A stretch of 52,663 bases of DNA from NCBI RefSeq assembly GCF_001194135.2, contig NC_068981.1, positions 33,240,400 to 33,293,062 on the forward strand, in the 5' to 3' direction. Shown one piece after another: positions 1 to 11,300 of the stretch (position 1 is its first letter; each line of letters begins with the position of its first letter). The translations under genes and the position numbers were made by a program. Source of the stretch: Octopus bimaculoides. Its lineage: Eukaryota. The notes below the pieces were generated by a model. It saw only the letters and a list, made by a program, of their open reading frames with translations. It did not search any database and was not told where the DNA came from.

Positions 1-318
1 AGCAGTCTACCTCCCACACACAGCCCCTCGTTCCCGATCACCGTTTGTTATCTCCCCCTTTCTTAGCTCTCCTGAAATAAGAATTTCTAACTTCCGGTCA
101 GCCATTGTTATGATCGGCCATTATTATGATTGACCGTTGACTGAACACTATTCAATTTTTTTTCTCCGTGTTTTTCTCCTTGTCTCCGTATTCTTTCTGT
201 TGAAGAGCGTAGCTCGAAACGTCAAAGACTTTCCGTATTCCCGAGCGTCATACTAATATATACTTTTGTTATTTACACCACCTGTCCTCGTCTGTTGTTA
301 TTTTTTGTATATTCTCCC
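1..318 (+). mobile_element. Penelope-like/retrozyme-type repeat (cut by window edge) with hammerhead-like motif
   Basis: Contains CTGTTGAAGAGCGTAGCTCGAAACGTC. Its 3' part resembles 26550-26643 (gagcgtc...gtcctcg..tgttgtt). Ends against (AT)n at 319. Confidence 0.55.
192..228 (+). ncRNA. Minimal type I hammerhead-like motif, core mutated at A6
   Basis: Stem I TCTTT/AAAGA, core CTGTTGA, extra A, stem II GAGC/GCTC, GAAA, palindromic ACGT, GTC triplet. Confidence 0.5.
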
Positions 319-351
<33 letters not shown>

Positions 352-635
352 ATAGAGCCCGAGTGAGAAGTGAAGGTGGAGGAGATAAATGGCACAGTGA
401 CCATTGTATGAATGAGAAAGGAAGGGGGGATAGATGAATAATGAAGGAAGGAGTGAAAAAGCCGATAAATGGCATTTGAAGTGTGAGTAGATTTGTGTGT
501 AAAAGAGAGTTTGAGTGTGTCTATGTGTGTATAATGGAAATGGGATGATAATGTTCAATGCTGAAAATGTGTGTGCATGTACAAGAGTACTATGTGAAAA
601 CTTTACCTGCACATGTAAAGTAAAAAAACAGGAAA

Positions 636-825
636 AATGATCCAGAATCCTTGTCCGATACCAAATCAATCCCAAAATGTAATCAGTTTGTGCCAGTCAT
701 GAGGCCAAATATCCCTGAAAGTTTCATCCAAATCCATACAGTGGTTCTTGAGATATCTTGTCCAGAGAAAAACAAACAAACAAACACAACTGAAAACAAT
801 ACCTCCACCTGAAGACAGGCAATAA
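636..825 (+). mobile_element. Non-autonomous Helitron/Helentron (HINE/DINE-like) repeat, tentative
   Basis: aaagtttcatccaaatcc...ggttcttgagatat, internal (CAAA)n, and a 3' short hairpin CCTG-AAGA-CAGG before an A/T-rich end. Confidence 0.35.
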
Positions 826-1229
826 TAGTGAGAATAAAAATAGGAATAGAATAACAAACATGGAAAATAATGTGTAAAATGGTTGTAGTACTGACTATAA
901 TTTTTGAAACAATGGTAAAAAAACAATAACAACAAAATAATAATAATAATCCTTTCTACTAATGGCACAAGGCCTGAAATTTGTGAGTAGGGGACTAGTC
1001 TATTACATCAACCCTAGTGTTTCACTAGTACTTAATTTATCAACCCCTGTAACAATGAAAAGTAAAATTGACCCTGGTGGCATTTGAACTCAGAACATAA
1101 AGATGGAAGAAATGCTGTTAAGCATTTTTTCTAGTGCAGTAATGGTTCTGCCTGCTTGTTGCCTTTTTCTGGAGGCTATGAGGAAACAAAGTCTGCGGGG
1201 GAGTTTGTACTGGAATCAATTTGATCAAC

Positions 1230-1830
1230 TAAACCTTTCAAAGAGGTGCCCAAGCATGGTTGCAGTCCAATTGCCCTGATGCAGTACTAGGCAGTGGTTC
1301 TCATGGCTTCTCATCTTAACTGATTGGAAGTGTTATCATGGACATTGTTTTTGTCTTGGTATAAAAGATGAGCTACAGCAAATATTCTACTCAATACCAC
1401 AGATCTGCTTGTCAGTTGTTTGACCTTAACCAATTGATCACGCCCCTTAGTGGCTGACAATATGTGCATCTCTAATCACAAGTAGAAGTAATGGAGGAGT
1501 ATCATAGCTATGTGTTGAGAGGAATTCTTTGGGGTTTGGATAATTTACTGCTGAAAACATCTTTAAACAACTCTTATTCAGGGACCTCTTGAGCAGGATG
1601 GACTACTCGACCTGAAGAAAACTCTAACTGGGTCTCACCTGCAAGGTCATGTACTATTTATCTTGATAGGAGATCACCATGTTGCACACATATTGTTGTG
1701 ATGCCTGTACCTGGTGTACCCTTATCAGATGTGTAATCATGATGGGTATACTGGGCTTTGTATATTTTACCCCAATGTCACTTTGATGGCATGCATTGCT
1801 CTCTCACTCAATAATAATGATGATGATGAT
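1230..1830 (+). mobile_element. Unclassified retroposon-like repeat with (AAT)n/(GAT)n tail
   Basis: Higher-GC block ending ctctctcactc-aataataatgatgatgat. No ORF recognised. Confidence 0.35.
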
Positions 1831-3410
1831 GGACTCTCTCAAGACGACATATGAGACTTCAGATTTTGCTGAACGATCTGCACAAATAATTTGTTTATAG
1901 TGATCAAATGTTTGTGCTGTACATTAGCTAGCTCACTCTCTCAATCAAATCAAGTTATTCAATTACATTGGTCAAACATACTCAACAAGCTACTTTATTT
2001 CATTGACCCGGAAAGGATGAATGGCAAAGATGACCTTGGTGGAATTTGAACTCAGAACATTATGGACTGAAAGAAATACTTAGAAGCATTTTATTCAACA
2101 CTCTATCGATTCTGCCAAGTGAACTGGAGACATAATGAATGGTAGGGATAAAAAAACAAATAAAGGCAATTAAAAGATATGGAATTTGGAGAGAGTTTAG
2201 AAAAGTATGTCGCTAGGTCAGCTATTGACTATGGTCTGCAGGGTAAGCAAGAATAGAAGAGAGATGAGGAAGGATTTTCAAAGAAGATATATGAAACTGA
2301 ATGTAAATTAAGAATGGGGTACAATAAAATTTTGGGAAGGCAAAGTATTAGTTAAGGATAGGCCTTTCATTAAAGGCTAGCCAATTGATTACTCATAATA
2401 ATAATGATGATAGAAATATATACATAGTGGTATTGATAACAAACTACCACTGTTGCACTTTACCTTCACCACTCCAGCTAGACAACAATAGTTATACAAA
2501 TAAAGATACTGATCAAATTGATAATGTTTACATTACAGAAGTACAAGGCCAAAGTAAATAGCAGCATCAACTGCAGTACTTGACTTCAAATAGTAGTAAT
2601 GGAAATGGCAGTAATCATAAGAATAACAATACAACTGATAATAGTAAAAATATAAGTATTAAGTTAGAAAACATTGACTGATTAAATATGATAATAATAG
2701 TAATGATAATGGGTTTATTGTATACAATGTCAGGGTGCTCTCCAACTTGTCAGAACGAAAGGTAAAAAGCAGCAATTAAGTGAAGTAAATATAGTAATAC
2801 ATGTATGTAATACATATGTATGTACGTACGTATGTTTGTACATATGTATGTTTGTACGTACGTATGTATGTATGTATGTATGTATGCATGTGTTGCATGT
2901 ATGTATGTATGTATGTGTTAACTACATCCCAAAGATGGAGCCTTGTATCTTTGCTGGAAACCAACTCCGTCCTCAGTGGAAGATTTATAATAATTAACAT
3001 AATAGAAGAGACACGTATATATATACACATAATTTCTCTGGTAAATTTCTTCAGTCATGCTTTACATCATATGGAATAAAAGAGAGATAGAGAAAGAGTT
3101 AACATATGAGGTGCAGCAGGAGGAGGAGGAGGAAGAGCAAATGGTAGCAATTAAATGAGAAGCTACACAAATGAGAAATTTGTGTTATCTAATTTTATTT
3201 TCAGAAAATAATTATTTTCTTTTGAAAATTGATATTCATTTTATCATTTTGTATAGGCATCAAGAAATTTGATAAACTTTATATTATAGTTATTATTGAA
3301 TGCCATATTTCCTGATATTATTCATGATGGCAAGGATAGACTTCCAAAGTTACCTGTCATATGACAGGTAATGTTCTAGCATTATTATGTATGTAATTAT
3401 CATGCATGTG

Positions 3411-3752
3411 TGAAGGCGCATGCTCAGTAGTTAGAGTCGCAGGCTCACAATCATGAGGTAGTGAGTTTGATTCCTGGCCTGGGCTGTATGTTGTCTTATA
3501 TTGAGCAAGACACTTTATTTCACGTTACTCCAGTTCATTTAGCTGTAGAAATGAGTTGCAACATTACTGGTGCCGAGCTGTCTCGGTGTTTGCCTTTCTC
3601 CTGGATAACATCGGTGGTGTGGAGAGAGGAGGCTGGTATGCATGGGTGACTGCTGGTCTTCCATAAACAACCTTGCCCAGACTTCTATCGTGGAGGGGAA
3701 CTTTCTAGGTGCAATTCCATGGTCATTCATGACCGAAGAGGATCATTACCCT
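3411..3752 (+). mobile_element. tRNA-derived SINE
   Basis: GGCGCA start, A-box-like TGCTCAGTAG, B-box-like GTTTGATTCC, then TTGAGCAAGACACT body. A degenerate relative lies at about 16330-16495. Confidence 0.65.
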
Positions 3753-3918
3753 GTTATCATGTGGTTGGCATTAGGAAGGGCATCCAGCTGTAGAAACTCT
3801 GCCAGATCAGATTGGAGCCTGGTGCAGCCATCTGGTTCACCAGTCCTCAGTCAAATCGCCCAACCCATGCTAACATGGAAAGCGAATGTTAAACAATGAT
3901 GATGATGATGTATGTAAG

Positions 3919-3953
<35 letters not shown>

Positions 3954-4818
3954 TGTCATCATCATCATCATCATTTAACGTTTATTGTTCTATGCTGGTA
4001 TGAGTTGGACAGTTTGACAGGAGCTGGAAAGTCAGAAGATTATGCCAATCTCTACTGTCTGCTTTGGTGTAGTTTTATGATTGGATGCCCTTCCTAATGC
4101 CAACCACTTTACAGAGTGAACTGGGTGCTTTTTTACATGGTACCAGCAACAGTAAGGTCATTAGATAACTTGCAAGGCAAAAAACCCTTAACTGATAGGT
4201 GGGGAGTAGTATTAAGGAAGGTGGCTTTGTGCCAGACAAAAGAAATATAAGTAGAGGGGACAGAAATAGATGTCTTGTAGTAGATACATGGCTACCTCAG
4301 TCAGAGAGAGAGAAGAGAGAAATGAGGGAGGTGTAATACACATGCATGCATACACATACACATGCACACGTGTATGCATACATAATACATCTAAGTATAT
4401 GCACACACAGACATAATATATTTATAAACCCAGATTTCTGCTATTCTGAGCTTCATCAATAGCAAGTCATTGGCACCATATTCTAAGTGAAACGTCAGTA
4501 TCTAGCTGATTTAGTAAAACTGATGTTGAGTTTAGCCATCAGGCTGAATGAAAATTCGTTATTAGTGACTAACAGTATCAGTTCAAATTAGCAATCTGCA
4601 TATCATAATTAAAGCATATATATTGCTGAAAGCCTTCTAAACTGCACTTTACATCTTGAGAAAGCATCTCTTACAGACTATACTACACAAACATGATGAT
4701 GGTGATGAGATAGATATGCAGAAAAAGACAGAGAAAGAGAGAGGGGGGGGAGGGAGATAAAAATATTTTTCCCTTTGGTTGTAGACCTTTACTTATCAAA
4801 ACATTCTTACAATTGCAG

Positions 4819-4915
4819 ATCTCCATCTTCTTCCAAAATCAATTTCTCAAAATATCAGCTCAGTGGTAGAGTGTGAAGAAGATAGAGGATATGATGCAAA
4901 AGCTATCATCTCATT
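4819..4915 (+). CDS. Exon A (xLHLLPKSISQNISSVVECEEDRGYDAKAIISL)
   Basis: ttgcag acceptor, gtaag donor, open frame, phase 1 to phase 2. The V-x-C then D-x-x-AI pattern fits the end of the NRF ectodomain before TM1. Confidence 0.75.
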
Positions 4916-5215
4916 GTAAGTATTACTAAATATTGAATTTTATGTCTGAAACTTTATTGGTTCTAACATTTGAATTTCAGACAATTGTTACCTGAATTTG
5001 GTCGTTGTGGTTGTTTCAATTGTTGTTATCGTTTATCTTCATTTATTTGCTTCAGTCATTGAACTGTAGCCATGCTGGAGCATAGCCTTGATGACTCTAG
5101 TTGAAAAAATTAACCCTACAATTTATTTTTAAGTCTAGTACATATTCTATCAATTTCTTTGACCAAACTGCTAAGTTACAGGGATGTAAACAAAAAGTAT
5201 ACATACATATTTATA

Positions 5216-5255
<40 letters not shown>

Positions 5256-7591
5256 ATGGATTCTTTCAGTTTCCATCTACCAAATCTACTCATGAAGCTT
5301 TTCTCAGCCCAAAATTATGATAGAAGACACTTAATGAGCTTAAACCCCAAAACTATGCTGTTGGGAAGCAAACTTCTTACCACACAGCCATGTCTGTGCC
5401 TTTGTTGAAGAGGAGTACTCCAAGACTTTTGAGATTGATATAATTGGTGCTTTCTCTGAATTCCTGCATTAAAAAACATGGATAGGGATGTGCTAATGAG
5501 GGAACCTCTAGGTAGTCACTTGACTTGCTAGACTCAATCACTAAATCTACCTCAAACCACATGCTGCTATCTTTTTTAAAAAGTCGGATGTATTGCAAAA
5601 TGTAGTCCTAGAAACACTGAACCTGACATACAAACAGAAAATCTCAAGAATCAAGAATTCTCTAATGTTGTCATAAAGGAGACAGACAGGTTTATTGTCT
5701 GAAGGTAAGAGGACAGTCACAAGAATTCTCTTATGCTGTCATAAAGGAGACAGACATGCTTATTGTCCGAAGATAAAAGGACAGTCATGAACACATGTTT
5801 TTACCTCAACAGGCAAGATTATACAGAATGAAATTAGACAGAAATTAACTAAGAGAAATAACTCAGAGTATCCAGTGACATGCATTTGCTCAACATAGAC
5901 AAATACATCATCATCATCATCATCATTGTTTAACGTCCGCTTTCCATGCTAGCATGGGTTGGACGATTTGACTGAGGACTGGTGAATCAGATGGCTACAC
6001 CAGGCTCCAATCTGATCTGGCAGAGTTTCTACAGCTGGATGCCCTTCCTAATGCCAACCACTCCGAGAGTGTAGTGGGTGCTTTTATGTGCCACCGGCAC
6101 GAAGGCCAGTCAGGCGGTACTGGCAACGGCCACGCTCAAAATGGTGTATTTTACATGTCACCTGCACAAGAGCCAGTCCAGTGGCACTGGCAACGATCTC
6201 GCTCGAAAGTCCATTACACATGCCACAGGCACAAGTGCCAGAAAGGCGACGCTGGGCACAGGTGCCATCACGATTTCGCTTTCGCTTGCCCCAACAGGTC
6301 TTCGCAAGGTATATCAAATACCATACAACATGAATTGTTGATTTATCAAAATAATCTTTGCCTCTAGAAGATGTGTCACAATTAACGAAATACTAACGGA
6401 AACTAGATCCATATGATAATTGGAGGTGTGTTTTGATGTATGTGTGTTTTATCATTCTTGTTTGTGTCATTTGTTTTTTTTTCTCAGCTGTTTTACATTT
6501 TCCCTGCCATCCATCTCTGAAAATATGACATGATTTTCCCCTATCCCACCCACACTTAATCTTCATTTTCCTTAATTCAATAAATTTCAAGTTTTCCTGT
6601 TCTTGCACAATTTTTCTCCTACACATCAGACATCACAAAGAATTAATCTTCAAGAATTCATCTAATTCTATTCAAGCAGGATGGTAGTAATTTTCCTGCC
6701 TGATAAACTAAGCATGCTTATCAAACATTGAAATTAAGAATGGTTTTTCATATATTCCTTCAATAATAGATTACAGCTATAATTTGAAGAAAAACATTAA
6801 TTAAAAACAAATAGTTAGATAAATGGAAAAAAAAAAATAATCAATAATATATTTTTTCTGTTAAAGATACTAAAAAACTAAAAATTAATAAAAATATCGT
6901 ATTAAAAATTAATTTATATCCTGCCAAGTGTTTCACAAAGGAAATTAGGTTAAATATATTAGTTAAAATAGCACACCAAATGTTGAAACAAATGGAAAAT
7001 AATATTATTTCAAGTAAAACATATATAAAAAAAAAAGACCAGTTTAAAGTACATATTGCATTTGTTTCTAAACATTATCATTCGTTTATGAAAGCCAAAT
7101 GTAACAGATCACATTATGAGAAAAGATGAAAAAAGGAGGAAAAAAATTGACTGGCCAAATGTAAAGATTCAGTGAGGAGGAGGAGGAGGGGAAGATGATA
7201 ATGGTGATAGGAGGAGGAGGATATTTTAGTCTGTTGAAGTAGGAGTTACTCATGATGCAATTTGTAGTTTTGTGAATCATCACCACCATGATCATCATCA
7301 TCACCACCATGATCATCATCATCACCACCACTAACTTGCCACCATGATCATCATTTTTAGATCTGTTTTTAGTGGTGGGGGGTTCCAGTGTTGGCATGGG
7401 TTGGGTGAGATCTTTTAAGTTAGTATTCTATGACTTGATGTCCTTCTTTACACCAACCCTTACATGATTGCAAGTAAAGTACTTCCTTCCACTCGTCTTT
7501 TGCATATCAAACTGCTGCACTCCAGGACATGTTATTTATGTGGGTCAGAAACAAACATCACTGTAGCCCAAGAAGACATGTAGAAACAAAA

Positions 7592-7625
<34 letters not shown>

Positions 7626-8274
7626 GCATATAAAGGGGTTGGACAAAATAATGGAAACACCTTAAAATTTCAAACAAATTTATTTTAATATGGTGTAGGA
7701 CTGCCTTTGGCAATAATTACAGCTTGAATTCTACGAGGTATGGATTCATACAAAGTTTGAATTGTTTCCAAAGGAATTTTTTGTCCATTCTTCAGCTAAA
7801 ACAGTCGCCATTTCTTGTAGTGATGATGGTGGAGGATATCAACTCCTTACTTGTTTTCCTTTATATTCTTCTTGATGCCTTCTGATACTTTCTCCAAGGA
7901 CCCAGCAGTACCTTTTCAATTTTCTGCAATCAAGCAACCTTATATTTAAGTGGATTGTACATGTATGTTTATTATTATTATTATTATTATTTCATATACA
8001 CAGTAGATTAGACTGTCAGAAAAAAACATCAGACTACAAGTAAACGTAAATGCCAACAACCTTCCTAAGTATCCTAGCTGTCCCTAATAATACTGTTTTT
8101 TGCCTGGAGCTGCACTAAACTAGGTCTAATGCCTATTTCTTCTATCCATCTGTTCAAATCTTTAGGGATAGTTCCTAATGCACCTATAACTACAGGGATA
8201 CATTTTATCGACACTTTCCATAGCCTCTGTAACTTAATGGCTAGGTTCCAGTACTTTGCTATTTTTCTCTATAC

Positions 8275-8305
<31 letters not shown>

Positions 8306-11300
8306 TATCGCCTGACTGGCCTTCGTGCCAGTGACACATAAAAGCACCTACTACACTCTCTGAGTGGTTGGCGTTAGGAAGGGCATCCAGGTGTAGAAAC
8401 TCTGCCAAATCAGATTGGAGCCTGGTGTAGCCTTCGGGTTCCACCAGTCCTCAGTCAAATCGTCCAACCCATGCTAGCATGGAAAGCGGACGTTAAATGA
8501 TGATGATGACTGTCATTATTCTTGTTATTAAGGCGGTGAACTGGCAGAATCATTAGCATGCCAGGCAAAATGTTTAGCAGCCTTTCATCTTTCTTCATAA
8601 TCTGGGCTCATATTCTGCCAAGGTCAACTTTGCCTTTTATCGATAAATTAAGTACCAGTGAAACACTGGGATGGATGTAATCGACTTGCCCCCCCCCCCA
8701 AAAAAAAATTTTCAAGCCTTGTGCTTATAATAGAAAGGATTATTACTATAATTATTTTCTTCTTTATTATAGGATTATCATCTCAATTTTCCTACTCCAC
8801 ATATTCCTGGGGACATTATATGATGTCCTTTTACAATCGGGGAAGTCATCTTCAAACGCTGCTGCTCAGAATGGAACCAATAATTCTCTCCCAACTAGCA
8901 CACAAGACATTTCATTGAAAGAAAAAGAGGCTCAAACTAACTGCAATGGTACCAAAACTTCATCAAAAAGTGATGATGAATTAGGTAAAAACATTATCTT
9001 ATTTTCTTATCCTTTTTTAGTTGTTTCAATCATTGGACTGTGGCCATCTTGAAGTACTGCCTTAAAGGGTTTTCATCAAGCAAATTGATTCTGGTACTTC
9101 TTTTCTTTAAGCCTGCTACTTATTCTATTGGTCATTTATGCTGAACTGCTAAGTTTCAGAGACATACGCAAGCCAACACCTGTTGTCAGGCAGAAGGAAG
9201 TGGAGGTTCCGACAGAAATACACACGCACACACACATGAAAGGCTTCCACACAGTTTCTTATTTCTTTATTGCCCACAAGAGGCTAAACAGAGGGGTCAA
9301 ACAAGGACAGACAAAGGGATTAAGTCGATTACATCGACCCAGTGCATAGCTGGTACTTATTTAATCAACTCCAAAAGGATGAAAGGCCAAGTCAACCTCG
9401 GCGGAATTTGAACTCAGAACGTAGCGGCAGACGAAATACCACTAAGCATTTTACCTGGCTAGGAAGGGCATCCAGCTGTAGAAACTCTGCCAAGTCAGAC
9501 TGGAGCCTGGTGTTGCCATCCGGTTTCACCAGTCCTCAGTCAAATCGTCCAACCCATGCTAGCATGGAAAGCGGACGTTAAACGATGATGATGATGATGA
9601 TGATGATGATGCTAATGATTCTGCCAGCTTGCTGCTTCCACACAGTTTCTGTCAATCAAATTCCTTTTGCCAAATTCACTAACAGGGCATTTTTGTCAGC
9701 CCAAGACTATAGCAGAAGACACTAACCCAAAATACCATACCATGGTACAACCTGAAATCATTTGGTTGCAAAGTGAGCTTCTTAACCTCTCAACCATGCT
9801 TGTGCCTTTGCATTCATTTCATTCATGTATTTGCATTGTTCTTTTTACCAATTTCTAACTGTAGAGAGAACCTGTGGAAGAGGTAGACCCAGGAAGACAT
9901 GGGACAAGCTGGTGAAGCATAGAGGCAATGACTAGATACCTTATGCAATATGCTGTGCTTGAGAAGACCATCAAGCAAAGTGAAACTGTAGTTGAAGCCA
10001 ATGCTGGTCTCTTGTAACTGGCACCTGTGCTGGTGACATGTAAAAAACACCTTTTGAGTATTGGATCTCATGGAGGCAACTGACACCTGTACTAGTGGCA
10101 CATAAAAACCACCTGTTGAGCATTGGGCCTCATGGAGGCAACATGGTTGATGCCAGTGTTATGTAATTGGCACCCATGCCGGTGGGACATAAAAAGCAGA
10201 TTTCGAGTGTTGAGCCTCACAGAGGCAATGACAAATGACTGAGGCCTTTGGCAATATGCCATGCTTGAGAAAACCCATTAAGCCAAGTGAAATCACAGTC
10301 ATGACAGATACTAGTGTCATGCAACTAGAACCTGTGCTGGTGGCACATAAAATCACTCATTACACTATTGGAATGGTTGGCGTGAGGAAGGGCATCCAAC
10401 CATAGAAACCATGCCAAGTCTGACTGGAGTCTGGTGCAACCCCTCAGCTTACCAGCCCTGATCAAACCATGAAACCCATGCCAACATGAAGAATGAACGT
10501 TAAATGATGATGATGACATATCAGGACTATTACCCCCATAGGACAATTCCCCACCAACGACAACTACCCCCTTGGACAATTACCCCCCTTGTTTAATTAT
10601 CCCCTCTGCAATATGTAAAGAAGTTTTAAATCGTCATCTTTTGTCCTCAGAGGTAATTGTCCTTGGAAGGTAATTGTCCATGGGAGGAGGGGGTAAATGT
10701 CCTAGACTCAATGATGATGATGGCATGTCTTTTCTTAATAATTGCATTATTGTTATAGTTTTCCTGTACATCAATCACAGATTCCTTGTTTTTTTTGTTT
10801 GTTTGTTGTTGTTATTACATTGGTTTAATTTGTTTTTGTTTTCTTATATTTAGTTCTTTTTAATCATGGCAAGACCTATCTTTTATGTTTTACTTGTTGC
10901 AGTCTTTAGACTGTGGCCATGCCGGGGCACTATTTTGAAAGAATTTTGGTCGAGCAAATTCACCCCAGTACTTATTTTTGCGCTAAGCCGGGTACTAATT
11001 TTATTGATCTCTTTTGCCGAACTACTGAATTGCAGGGACATAAACTCACCAACACCAGTTGTCAAGCAGTAATCAGGGACAAACATACACACTGAGACAT
11101 ACATACACGCACACACAATAGGGGTCTTTTTTCAGTTCCCATCTACTAAATCCACTCATAAGGCTTTGGTCAGCTCGAGGCTATAGTAGAAGATACTTGT
11201 CCAGAGTATCCTGCAGTGGGACTGAACCCAGCAAGCTTCTTACCGCCTAGCCATGCCTGAACCTGATATTTGGATATTATATCAGAAATTTGATGACATT

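Noticed and set aside
2191-2242. Good donor (agg/gtaagc) upstream of the gene
   Set aside because: Purine-rich acceptor and no NRF-like translation.
6074-6367. Overlapping ORFs on both strands
   Set aside because: They lie within the RTE 3'UTR repeat; higher GC explains the open frames.
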